Origin: Octopus sinensis
Taxonomy: Eukaryota
Direction: 5' to 3'
Length of the DNA stretch: 64,000 nucleotides
Assembly (NCBI RefSeq): GCF_006345805.1
Contig: NC_043011.1
Location: 8,680,001-8,744,000 of the forward strand
The notes below the pieces were generated by a model that made no database searches, was not told where the DNA came from, and saw nothing but the letters and a program-made list of their open reading frames with translations. Position numbers and translations under genes: made by a program. Shown here in pieces: positions 26,459 through 40,400 of this stretch (positions within the stretch are counted from its first letter, which is position 1; each line of letters begins with the position of its first letter).

Positions 26459-28575
26459 CAACATTGAAAAAATACCTTAGGAATGAGAACCCAGGTTTGA
26501 AATTTCCCCAAGACACCTGATGAAGGCTGGAGGGTTTATCAGCCGAAACGTTGTGTTAACAACAAACAAGATGAGGACAAATATCTGTCAAATGTGAATA
26601 ATGTAAACATATCGATCACAATACTTGTCTAAGGGGCTTTTATTTTATAGATTACCAGTAAAATAAAGGGCACAATCATCTCCAACAGGATTTGAACTCA
26701 CAATGTAAAAGCTTGTAAACAATAATAGCAAAGCATTTTGTCCTCGCACTCAAACTGCTCTTCAAAGCTTTTGTTACCATACTTCTATTGAAATGTTCTG
26801 CTTTTGTTTCAATTAATGTTGATAGTTATGAAGATTTTAGTAAAATAACTTTGTGATTCCCTTTAAAACAGAAAGTTTGTGGGTTGACATCAAAATGGTT
26901 TACTCCAGGTTTTTGTCCCTGCAAAGAGAAAATTGTTTAACCTTCTTTTCACCATTCTGACATGCACAGCTTTTCTTTAATTTAATCTTGAAAATGCTGA
27001 GGAATTTAATACAATAATTTTGTCCTTATAAAGCTGGTATTTGAAACATCAATTAACATAAAATGTTTGATAGATTTGTCCCTTTAAAACAGGGATTCTG
27101 AATCAAAGAACCAGTAGAATCAAGGGCAGTCTTAAGTGGCTTAGTGGTTAGGGTGTTAGGTTTGTGGTCGTAAGAGTGGGATTTCGATATCTGGATCTGA
27201 CGATGTGTTGACCTCTTGGGCAAAAGTTGTCATTTCACGTTGCTCCAGTCCACTCAGCTGGCAAAAGTGAGCGACCCTGGACGGGACATCGGTCCATCCT
27301 GTCCACTGGCAGAGGGAATATATTCGCCAGAGAATCCGGGAGACTGGCCTTATGAGCCTATCTGACCCTTTGCTTAGGTGAGTTGCTATAAAAAAGACAT
27401 TTCAAGGAACTTGAAAAGAAGGTACCTGCATAAAGTGACAGTTTCGAAGAGATATAATTCTGTCGCTATGACTTTGAAGGAAGAATAAAAAAAAACAGAA
27501 TATTCTATTTCTGGCAATCTCAGCGACTCTGTTGTTGCTTCACAGAAATTCCTGATTTGCGCTGAAGAATTCTGTGTGAGAGTTTCTTATTTTATATTGA
27601 AAGTTATTTTTATCTGACGTTGTTTCTTGTATTTCCCCCACTTCTTATTGTAGGGAGAAGGCACAGGCGAGATGTTGTGGGCGTGTGTACGACAAGATTT
27701 CAAACAAGTGTTTTGGCGATCCAGGGGAGATAACCCAATCAATCCATGGTGTGTATTTTGTTATGCATTCAGAGTTGCTTCCCTTACCCCTTTTTTTTTA
27801 ACAGTAATTTTATTTTCGCTTATTTTGTAATTTCATTTTCTTCCTTTATTTTTTGTTTCAGCCCTAAGGCTGTGGCCATGCTGGAGCAACTCTTTTTCTT
27901 TTGATTATTGAAATGAAAATCTTTCTTGTTAATTGTAGATTTGAAATGTAAATTATTATACTGTGTGCACACTTTTATGTGTGTGTGTGTGTGTATGTGT
28001 GTGTGTAATAATGATAATAACAATAATAACATTGAAAAATACCTTAGGAATGAGAACCCAGGTTCGAAATTTACCCAAGACACCTGATGAAGGCTGGAGG
28101 GTACATCAGCCGAAACGTTGTGTTGAGGACAAACAAGATGAGGACAAATATCCGTCAAATGTAAATCAGGTTCACTAGTGATCCCCATCATTGGTGGTCC
28201 CATAGCAGCTCCTCTGCATCCCCCAAGGTGGTATTGAACCTTTGGAGATCTTCCCCAATCACATCCAGCCATCTAATGCAGATCCTGCCATGAGGCCCCT
28301 TCCTGCTGTGTCAAACGAGAGTAAGGCTCTTGCAGCAAGATCTGGTGGAGGACATGACTATATTAGCATCTGCGACAGATAGCAAATGAACCCCAGGTGT
28401 TCATAGGGGCAGGTGTGGTAAGAAGCTTGATTCCCAACCCCATAGTTCTGGGTTCAGTCTCGCTGCTTGGCACCTTGGGCAAGTGACTTCTACTTTAGCC
28501 TTGGGCCAATCAAAGCCTTATGAGTGGATTTAGTGGAGGGAAACTGAAAGAATCCCATCGAGTGTGTGTGTGTGT

Positions 28576-28627
<52 letters not shown>

Positions 28628-29031
28628 ATATATAGATATGTGTGTGTGTATATATAGATATGTGTCTGTGTGTGTGTATATATATATAGATATGTGCGTG
28701 TGTGTATATATATGTATGTGTGTATGTGTGTTTATATAGGTGTGTGTGTGTGGTTAGGGCAGTGGACTCGCGGTTGTAGGATCGCGGTTTCGATTCCCAG
28801 ACCGGGTGTTTTGAGTGTTTATTGAGTGAAAACACCTAAAAGCTCCATGAGGCTCCAGCAGAGGTGGTGGCAATCCCTGCTGTACTCTTTCGCCACAACT
28901 TCCTCTCACTCTTTCTTCTGTTGGCCTGCTCACTCAGCCAGCGGGGTGGCATCTTTTGAAGGCTAAAACAATGCGAAGCGCATTGTGACCAGCGATGTGT
29001 AGCAACATCTGATAGCCTGGTCAGTCACAGT

Positions 29032-29076
<45 letters not shown>

Positions 29077-32000
29077 GTGTGCCTTTGTGTATGTATTTGT
29101 CCACCACTTGACAGCCAACCAGTGTTAGTATGTTGACATCCCTGTCACTTAGCAGTTCAGCAAAAGAGTCCCTATGAAATAAGCAGCATGCTCAAAAAGG
29201 AAGAAATATTACTGGGGTCAATTGATTGAACTAAAATTCCACAAGGTGATACTCCAGCATGGCCACAGTCTAATGACTGACACAGATAAAAGAAACATGT
29301 ATCTTACAATCCTTCTGTTTCCTTGTTTCAGGTATTTTAAGAAATCCGAAGGGAGTTGGAGCAATGGAAAATGGACTGTTTTTTGGTGAGTAGCAGCGGA
29401 GAATTCTCTCTTTGTTGATGTCAGTTATTAATTATTTCTTAATTAGCTTTGGTGTAAGGCAAGTGTGGGCAGCCGGTTTCAAGAAGCAGGCCACAAGAGA
29501 CACGGTTCATCATCAGGAGGGCTACGCTACTAAAAGAGAAAGTGTTGGTAATTTTTTGTTATGTGTGCCATTCAGAGAATCCTGTGGCCCATGGGCCACA
29601 GGTTGCCCCTGATTGATGTAGGAAATAGCCGTTTGTCAAGCAGAGAGGACATTGGTCTACTAATTTGAAAGTTCAAAAGTTCATATCCTCACCAGTTTTG
29701 TTGCTAATGCCTCAGTGCTTAGCTCTCGATGGCCCAGTCCACCAAGTTGTAAACATGCACCACAGTATGGTGCAGTTCACTGCTGCAGTAAGCAGGAGCA
29801 ATGAATGTGTGTATAACTGATGAATGTTGCAGTGGCTCACGACCCTGAATTGAACTCTTAACCGGTAAGTAAATTCTCATTGTTCCATAAGCCTCCAGGG
29901 GCTTTTTAAGGAGTGGCGCTTGGCTGCCACGCCATTGCATTGGACAGACGAGTGATAACTGTCTGCAAGGATAGGACACTAGTCTATCACAGCTAATGTT
30001 CCCAGATAATCTGGTACCTATTCCTTGATGCTGTGGTACCTAAACTTATACATGATTTGGTACCAGTTCACAGAGGATCTGCTACCTCTTCTCTGATAAT
30101 CTTGTACCTAAATTTATGATGTGGGATGTGTTCCCAAATGATCTGTTCCCTATTACTAAATGTTGTGATACTTCTCTGAAAATCTGGTACCTAAATGTTT
30201 TGCATGATCTGGTCTCTCTCTGCCCTGATGACCTGCTGCCTATTGTGAGATGATTGGCTCTCTGTTCTGAACAGTAAAGCTTCTGCCATGGAATGATGTA
30301 GAGTTTGCTCTGCTTTTCATTGGCTGTTCACTGTTCCCTTCTTGTCCAATGAAATCCACTGCTTGGCGGTATTGTGATGACCAATGGCCAAGCGGATGTG
30401 TGTATGTGTGTACCAACGCTCACACACTTTTCGAGCCCAGATGCTCTGACATTGCATCTCACTGCAGTTTGTAGGACTTGTCTTAATTAGGATTTCTTCA
30501 TTCGTTAGTTCTTTTACATTCGTTACTGTTTTTATGTTCATTTTGTCATGTTTGTATGGGCGGGATGGCCTTTCTGTCGGCACCATTATTTTTACAGTTG
30601 CATGGATGCCCTACCACTAACCACTCGACCGTGAAGTAGGAGTGGAACAGGCAAACAAACTGGAGCAAGCAGAATAATTATAATGATAATAACAATAACG
30701 TGCCTTGCTCAAGGGGCACAACACACACAAACCCGCTGTAGTCAGGTTTTGAACCCATGACCTTACAGTCGGCATCATCAGTCCAGCACCTTAACTGGTC
30801 ACGGTAAGTGACACAGAGTATTCTGTACGGACTGTCTTTTGTTAGTTACTAAACTCATCTATAATGAAACATCACCGACTAACATCTTAAAATATATGTG
30901 AATGTCTCGCATAAAATAAAAAATAAAATTGAATTAAATTAAAAAGCTGGAATTCAAATCCGTTGTAGTTTAAAAACTTTTATTTTGGTTCAAAACTTTT
31001 TTTTGTTTTTAAAAAAAAATTTAGTTTGACCTTTCACCTTTTTTTTGTAGTCCACACTCCACTGCCTCTGTCAGTGTAATATTTTCTAATCTCTAGAAAT
31101 AACTGTAAATTAAATTATTTTGTTTTTTTATATCCAACTAAACATGGATGCCTCGTTAGAACACCAAATATCGCCTAATTAGCCTTGAAAGATCCCCTCA
31201 TGCTTCTCTTGCTAATAATTAATTTTGTCTTCATTGTCTCCCCCACATGTCCACTTTGTTGGATTCATCATCATCACCATCATCGTTTAACGTCCGCTTT
31301 CCATGCTGGCATGGGTTGGATGATTTGACTGAGGACTGGCAAACCAGATGGCTGCGCCAGGCTCCAGTTTGATCTAGCAGAGTTTCTACACCTGGATGCT
31401 CTTCCTAATGCCAACCACTCCAAGAGTGTAGTGGGTGCTTTTGAAGTGCCACCGGCACGAGGGCTAGTCTGGGTTGAATTTAGTAAAATGCTTATAAGAA
31501 ATTTTGTCACAGACATATTTGCCATAGGAAAATTCACTGTTGAAAATTTCATTTTAAATGACCTCATCACGTTTTTTTGTAAATGTTTGGTATTGTATAA
31601 AGGTTTCTCTGTCTAATACTTTTATAAAAACCTTTTATCATTCTTTGTTTATCTTTAAAAAATGATGATGTAATTTGCTTTGTCATTGTCTGTACAACAA
31701 ATTTGTCTTACAGTAAATTTTCCGGTAAAGTGAAATTTCCTGCAGTGAATTTTCCGGACACCTAAAATAACTCTTCCTTTTATTATGATCAAGCTAGTAT
31801 TAGGAACACTTCAAGGCTGGTTGCATTGTGTCTTTGGACTATTCTTTGTTGCAGTTGTGTATAGGCAACTCCTAACATACATTTTGCATCCAGGAAGTGG
31901 GGGTGGGGCAGTGTTTTTGTTTTGTGTTTTTTTTTTCTTTTCCCATTTCGGTCATTTGTTGAAATGAGACAATTTGGCACACCTGTTTGTTTGGAGACTG

Positions 32001-35000
32001 ACGATTTGGCACGGCTGACTGGACATTCGGCTTACTTTGGCATATTGCAGGCAAATACACCTGCGTCCAATTGCACAACTTTCTCTCACTCTTCCTTCCT
32101 GTTTCTGTTGTTGCCCCTTGTATTTCAAAGGGGAGCCAGCCTTGTCACAGTCTGTGTGACGCTGAATCTCTTACAGTTTGTCTGCAGTGCTTGGGGATGA
32201 ACAGCAGACTTTAACTGAGCACTCCACGTGTCTGTGGAGTACTCAGCCACTTGCACGTTAATTTCACAAGCAGGCTGTTCCATTGATTGGATCGACTGGA
32301 ACCCTCGTCATAACTGACAGAGTGCCACAACCTTTTTCTGTTCACGCCAGCCATTTTCAGCCCAAATATTCTACATGTTTTTACGTTCAAACCAGCTTGA
32401 TCCAGCATTTCCCACCAGCCCTACAATGTCATTCTAACAATAAGCTGTCACCTCATTGCAATCTCAAAGTTACAAAATACTCTTTTACTTGTTTCAGTCA
32501 TTTGACTATGGCCATGCTGGAGCATCGCCTTTGTAGTCGAGCATTTATTCTTTGTAAGCCTATTACTTATTCTATCGGTTCTTTTGCCGAACCGCTAAGT
32601 TACGGGGACGTAAACACACCAGCATCAGTTGTCAAGCGATGTTGGCGGGGACAAACACAGACACACAAACATACACACACACATATATATATAAATATAT
32701 ACATATATATGACGGGCTTCTTTCAGTTTCCGTTTACCAAATCCACTCACACGGCTTTGGTCGGCCCGAGGCTATAGTAGAAGACACTTGCCTAAGCTGC
32801 CACACAGTGGGACTGAACCTGGAACCATGTGGCTGGTAAGCAAGCTACTTACCACACAGCCACTCCTACGCCATATAATGTATGATTCGTTCAAAGCTGT
32901 GTTAATAAATAAGGATTACATTTGACAGAATAATATGAATGCGAAAGGGTTAAAGTCTGCGGTTCCTCACCAAAGCACTGCAGACAAACTCTAAGATCTT
33001 CCATAACATTTAACAGCGATGGTGGACATTGTGAATTTCTTGGGTTCCCATTCAGCTGAACTCAACAAAATCTCAAGATCATTGTTTCACATGGGTGGCT
33101 GAGCTAAGGGATAAGCTCGTTGGGGGCACTATGAGAATTGCAAGAAGGGCAAATAAATTACCATGAAGCTTTTTAAAACCCTTCCAATTCCAACAAGGTG
33201 AGTGAAGGAAAAGAATTTTATGGTTGAAGAATCTGCTTTGGGGTTTCATAAATAAGGAATTGGATGTTGAGTGAGGTGGGGAGAGGTGGATGGAATTTTG
33301 CTTGACTTTTTTTTTTTTCCTTTGCGGGTTGGGCAAGGTTTGTGTTTTTCAGTTTGAGGACTGTTAGAAACAACAGCTAAATTCCCTCTGAACCACACTG
33401 TATCATCTTAAGGAACAAATAAGGAAGGCCACATTAATGTAGACAGTGTTGGATGGAATTCACTCTGTTATGAAACTAAGACAGTGTAGTCGTGGCTTTG
33501 ATCCTGGGCCTCCTCAATCAGATCTAACCTAGGGTTAAACAATAACATCTACTTTATTTTCCTGGCATGCAAGTTGAAATCTTCAGACTGAAATTTATCC
33601 CAGCCTCCCTAAAAGATAAGGTAGATCGGTTTATTCATTAAGACAACTTTAAAAGACTGAAAATTCCTTGTGAAATGCAATAGAATTTGGAAAGGTAGTG
33701 ACAGGTATTTGAATAATTTATTCTAAATATTCTTTTCTACTCTAGGCACAAGGCCTGAAATTTTTGGGGAGTAGGGGCAGTTGATTAGATTGACACCAGT
33801 ACGCAACTGGTACTTAATTTATCGACCCTGAAAGGGATGAAGGGCAAAGTCAACTTTGGTGGGATTTGAACTCAGAACATAACGGCAGACAAAATACTTA
33901 TTTCTTTACTACCCACAAGGGGCTAAACACAGAGAGGACAAATAAGGACAGACAAATGGATTAAGTCAATTACATCGACCCCAGTATGTAACTAGTACTT
34001 AATTTATCGACCCTGAAAGGATGAAAAGCAAAGTCGACCTCGGCGGAATTTGAACTCAGAACGTAGCGGCAGACGAAATACCGCTAAGCATTTCGCCTGA
34101 CGTGCTAACGTTTCTGCCAGCTCACTGCCATTAAATTTATTCCTTTCTACTCTAGACACAAGGCCCCAAATTTTTTTTGTGGGTGGGAGGGGGGGGGGCA
34201 GTTGATTAGATCAATCCCAGTATGCAATTGGTACTTAATTCATCAACCCTGAAAGGATGAAGGGCAAAGTCAACCTTGCCAGAATTTGAACTCAGAACGT
34301 AAAGACAGACGAAATACTGCTAAGCATTTCATTTCTAACGTTTCTGCCAGTTTTCCGCCGTGATTCATTCTAAATATTACATCAACTTCTATGCTGGAAA
34401 GTAACATATTACAACCCCTGGTACCTTTCATCCATTAGTACCTTACTACACACACACACACACACACACACACTTTAACCTGAATGTTATAGAATTCATA
34501 GTCAAAGCCCTCCTTCCTATTTTCTTCACATTGTCAATGCTGCCATGATAGCAAAGATCCCTTGCCTTTACTCCCTACTAATTACCCTTTTTTTTTCCAT
34601 TTCACTATCCTTCCCTTACTAAAACCCTCAGTGCACCTCATTAAATTTGTTGCCTTTTAGACCTTCCATACTTTCTATTGTTTATTTCTGTTTCCAATGA
34701 AAGCCATCTTTAAAATTTATAATCTGCTTTTTTTTTTTCTTCCTTTTCTTTTCTCTTTTATTTATTGCACTTATTGGGCTGTGGCCATGCTGGGCACCAC
34801 CTTGAAGGGTTTAGTCATACAAATCAATATCCTTGCTTTTGCTTTATTTTTAATTTTTAAAGTTTATCAGTTTTTTTGCCAAACCACTAAGTTATGGTCA
34901 GACAAACCAAATGTCAGTCATTAAGTGGAGTGGGGTGATAAACATAAAACATACACAACGGGCTTCCACACAGTTTCCGACTATCAAATTCACTCACAAG

Positions 35001-37381
35001 GCTTTTTGTCAACCTGAGACTATAATAGGAGACACTTGCCCGAGGTGCTGCAGAGTGGGATTGAACCTGAAATTACACGATGGCAAAACAGGCTTCTTAA
35101 CTGTTCCTTCTAATGTGATGTGGTGGAGAGGATCAAGAGAGAGAGAGAGAGAGGTTCTTCTCACTTCGTGTATGGGTTTTTTTTGTGTGTGGTCCTTTTT
35201 CTCTTCCTTCCCTATTATTGCCAGAAATCTGCTGCCCCTGCTTCCTTTCCTGTCTTCCCCTCATTGCCATAAGACCTATCCCTGCTTGTAATGCTTTTTC
35301 TGAAAGGGATTCTGAGGCTTCTTCCAAATTCACTCTTGGAACTAAGGATGAGGCATTGATTTCCATCATTTCTGCCCCTATCCCTAGGGCTGCCCTGCAA
35401 ACAACATCCTCTGCAGTCTTAAACCTTCTTTACTGCTCTTTTCCCCCCTTCAGGTCCTGTAGCTCTTCTGGACCGGAAGCATTTAGGTGACCCTTACTTC
35501 CACATGTGTGGCAGCTAGGCCTTCTGTTCTGAGCAACCAGTCAGTCACAAGGACCCTTATGACCGCACCCACAACAGGACAGTACTCTGCAATCATTTTG
35601 AGGTCACAAAGACTTCATTTTTGTTTTCATCATCATTTTTTTTTTTCCTTTTAACATTCGTTTTTCTACATTTGCCTGAGCTGAATAAAGTTTATTGGGG
35701 GGGGGGTGCAGAGTTTCTGTGGCTGGATGCTTCTCCTGTCACCAACACCCAACTGTTCATTTCCAAGCATGGTAATATTTCCTCATGGCTAGTCATGTTG
35801 TCGTTGTTGAATATAGGAAATAAATGGCACTGATTGTATGACAATGACAACCACTTGACAACTGTCACACACGGTGGTGAACTGGGTCTAAGAATATTGG
35901 TTGCCAGGAGACTAAGGGGTCCCACCCACAACTACAATGCTAGCATTGAATTTTTTTTTTTTTTTTTTAAGATATTCTTTTCAACTGTCTACAAACACAG
36001 CCAGGTTGAAATAATTAATGCATTCATCCAGGAGTGAATAAAAAATTCTCAAATTTGAGGGGATGGGCCCCTTAGATACTGACATGGGCCCCCATATATG
36101 GATTCTAATGGTGGCAACCTGGCCAGTCTGCCACTTCTCACAGATATATCATCATCATCATCATCATCTTATAACAACTGTTTCTATGCCGGTGTGGGTT
36201 GGACAGTTTGACAGGAACTGGCATGGCTGGAGAGCTGCACCAGGTTCCAGTTGTCTGTTTTGGCTGGGTTTCTACAGCTGGATGCCCTTCCTGGCCCCCA
36301 ACCACTTTACAGCATGTGCTGGGGGCTTTTTACATAGCACCAGCACAGGTGTTTTTATGTGGTGCCAGCAGAGTCACCAAATACATACAGACCTACCTAT
36401 CTTTCTATCTGTCAAACATTTAATGACGATGATGATATATGACAGGCTTCTTTCAGTTTCCCTCTACTAAATCCACTGACAAGGTTTTGGTTGTCCCAAC
36501 GTCATAGTAAAAGACACTTGCCCAAGGTACCACACAGTGGGACTGAACCCGAAACCATGTAGTTGGGAAGCAAGCTTCTTAACCCCACAGCCGTCCCTGC
36601 CTTGTATACCCCAACGGATTCTGCATGTACCTATCCATCTGTATGTTGATCTGTTTATTTTCATATCCATATGCTTACATAAAAAAAGTGCATACACACA
36701 CACAAACACACACACACACACATCTATCTACATAACAGTCTACTAACTATTCTACTCTACCTGTGTAGATATACCTCCATACCCACAGTTTACACACAAA
36801 CATATAAAGAATCTTGCAAACCAAATCCAAAAACGAAAAAAAATAATTATGATAATAATAATAAGGGGCTGATTCCTACCTAGCTCAGAGACCAGGAAAC
36901 CCCAAAATGGCAGAAATTCAAAAGATAATGCTCATGAGAACTGCCCATATCCTACATAAAATACTGTCTATATAAACTCAAATTCTTAAAAATTCTTATA
37001 ATTTTCTTGTACTTTCTTAAACATTCTCTAGAACAATACTTTGTGCAAAACCAAATAGATGACATCCTAGTCATAACACCAACTTGAACTCCTAACTTGT
37101 TGTCTCTTGGGGTCTCTAGGTGAGACTTAGAGCCAACTTGTACAAATACAAAGCAAAAGTCAAACATAAAATATTAATAATAATCCTTTCTGGTATAGGC
37201 ACAATGCCTGAAATTTGGGGGAGGAGGATGGCCGATTACTCAATTAGTACTTATTTTATCGATGAAAGCAAAGTTGACTTTGGTAGAATTTGAACTCTAA
37301 ACATAAAGACAAGCAAAATGCTACTAAGCATTTTCCCCAGCAATAACGATTCTGCCAGCTCACTGCCTTAATAATAATAAC

Positions 37382-37414
<33 letters not shown>

Positions 37415-40400
37415 CCTTTCTACTAAAGGTACAAGGACTGAATTTTGGTGGGAGGGGACCAGCCGATTACATTGACCCCAGTGTTCAACTGGTACTTAAT
37501 TCATCGACCTCAAAAATAATGAAAGACAAAGTCAACCTCAGCAGAATTTGAACTCAGAACGTAAAGATGGATGAAATGCTGCTAAGCATTTTGCCTGGCA
37601 TGTTAATGATTCTGCCAGCTTGCTGCCTTAAATAATAATTATAATTATAATTATAATTACTATTATTATCATTACAAATATTTGCCACAAGGGCAGCGTG
37701 GGGGAGGTGGGGAGGAGTCGATTACATCGACCCCAGTGTCCAACTGGTGCTTAATTTATCAACCCTAAAAGGATGAAAGGCAAAGTCAACCTCGGTGGAA
37801 TTTGAACGTAGCAACGGGTGAAACACCGCTAAGTATTCTGTCCAGCTCACTGCCTTTATAATTGAGACCCCCTTCGGTCATGGCTGACCATGGGATTGCA
37901 CCTAGAAAGTTACCCTCCCGGGCACAAGTCTGGGCAAGGTTGTTTATGGAAGACCAGCAGTTACCCGTGCATACCGGCCTCCCCTCTCCACGCCACCAGT
38001 GTTATTCAAGGGAAAGGCAAAGGGGCCGATACAGCTTGGCACCTGTGACATCACAACACATTTCTATAGCTGAGTGAACTGGAGCAACGTGAAATAAAGT
38101 GTCTTGCTCAAGAACACAACACGCAGCCCGGTCTGGGATTCGAACTCACGGTCATAAGCTCGACGCTCTAACCACTGACCCATGCACCTTCACATAATAA
38201 TTATAATAAAGGAGGAGAGTCAGGAGAAAATGAATTCCAAAATAGAGATAGAAAGAAAGAAGAAAACCTGTGGGAGGATAAGATGGTGGCTGGCCAGTTG
38301 CTGAGGGAGAGCTAAGGACAGAGAGCGAGATGGAAGAGGGCTGTGTGCAGCCTGAAACAGGGGCCTTGATAGGTGCAGCACAGAAACAAACATTAAGAAC
38401 TGTGTTGAGCAGAGAATTGACCAATCAGCAGAATATGAGACAAATGCAGAATGTATGGTGAAACTGGAGAGACAGTGTGGCATGTTTTAAGCAAATACTG
38501 CAAATTGGCCCCGAGAGAATACAAGGGAAGGCATGACAATGTTGCTGGAATGGTCCACTGGGAACTATGTGACAAGTTTGGATTGGAAAGTGCAAGAATT
38601 AGAATGAGCACGAGGTAAAGGGTGTCGTAGGAAATGACTGAGTGAAAGCTTCTTTGGGATTTCATGAGTCAGTGTGATTCTAGAACTGAACATTGGGAAG
38701 CTTTTGTACCTGGCAGACAAAGACATTCATGCCTGATGATAGACACCACTTGTGTTGGTAACAGCAAAATTATTCAAAGAAAAGGAGAAGAACTGACATG
38801 ATAGGAAGCTCTGCAGAGAGAAATCAAAAAGCTGCAGTCAACAAAAAGAGTGTAAACTGTACTAATAAAGTGTTGGTGCCTGAAAAATGGGAATTGGTTG
38901 GAAGCAGTAAGAATAAAAGTGAAAATAGATCATGTCCAGATAACAGCATTATTTGGCAGGGTGAGGAGTCTTCACAAATTCTCCAAACTCGGTAAGAAAG
39001 TGCCACCAAAGTTCATGGCAAGTAAACAGCTCGTACAGTAATGGTGCCCTCCAGCATTGTTAGATGTAGCAGCAGTGGTAGTAGTAGTAGTAATAATAAT
39101 AATAATAATCCTTTCTACTGGAAGCACAAGGCTTCAAATTTGGGGGAAGGGATTAAGTCGATTACATTGACCCCAGTGTGTAACTGGTACTTAATCGACC
39201 ACATAAGGATGAAAAGCAAAGTCGACCTCAGCGGAATTTGAACTCAGAATGTAACGGTAGATGAAATACTGCTAAGCATTTCGCCCAGTGTTCTAACAAT
39301 TCTGCCAGCTTGCTGCCTTAATAATAATAATAATAATAATAATAATCTTTACTCTAGACACAAGACCTAAATTGGTGGGGGGTGGGGGCGTTGATTAGAT
39401 CGACCCCAATACGCAGTTGGTACTTAATTCATCGACTCTAAAAGGCAAAGTCGACCCCTTTGGGATTTGAACCCAGAATATAGCAGTCGACAAAATACTG
39501 ATAAGCATTTCGCCCAGCGTGCTAATGATTCTGCCAGCTAAATTCCTTAAATAATAATAATAATGATAATTGCTCCTAGTTTAGGCACAGGGATAGCAAT
39601 TATGATCTTTTATCAAGTCCTGTTTGATGAAGAGCAAAGTTGAACTCAGAATGTCGAGATGGAGGAAATGCCACTAAGCCTTTTGTCCGACATGCTTGCT
39701 TTCCCCTCCAAGGATAATAATGGTTTCAAATTTTGGCACAAGGCCATCAAGTTGGCAGTTTGAGCCAATTACATTGACCTCAGCGTGATCAACTGGTACT
39801 TATTTTATCAACCTCGAAAGGATGGAAAGCAAAGTCGACCTCAGCGGAATTTGAACTCAGAATGTCAAGACAGACGAAATGCTACTCAGCATTTTGCCTG
39901 GCTTGCTAATGATTCTAACAGCTCACCTCCTTAACGACAACAACAATAATAATAATAATAATCGTTTCCAATTTTTGCATAAAGCTAGCAATTTCGGGGT
40001 GAGTAGGGGAAAGTTGGTTACATTGACTCCAGTACTTGACTCATAATTGATGTCTATCAACTCTGACTTATTATTAATCCTTTCTAGAATAGGCACAAGG
40101 CCTGAAATTTTGGGGGAAGAGCTGGTCCAGTAACATCACCCCAAGTGCATGACTGGTACCTATATCATTCACCCCAAAAGAAGAAAAGGCTATATTGACT
40201 TTGGTGGTATTTGAACTTAGAATATAGAGACTCACAAGATGCCACTAGGCCAGCTTGTGGCCATAATAATAATAATTCTTTCTACTGAAGGCACTAGGCA
40301 TTGCAATTTTGGGGGAGGGGACTAGTCAATTACATCGACCCCAGTGTTTCACTGGTGCTTAATTTATCGACCCCACAAAAGGATGAAAGGCAAAATCGAC

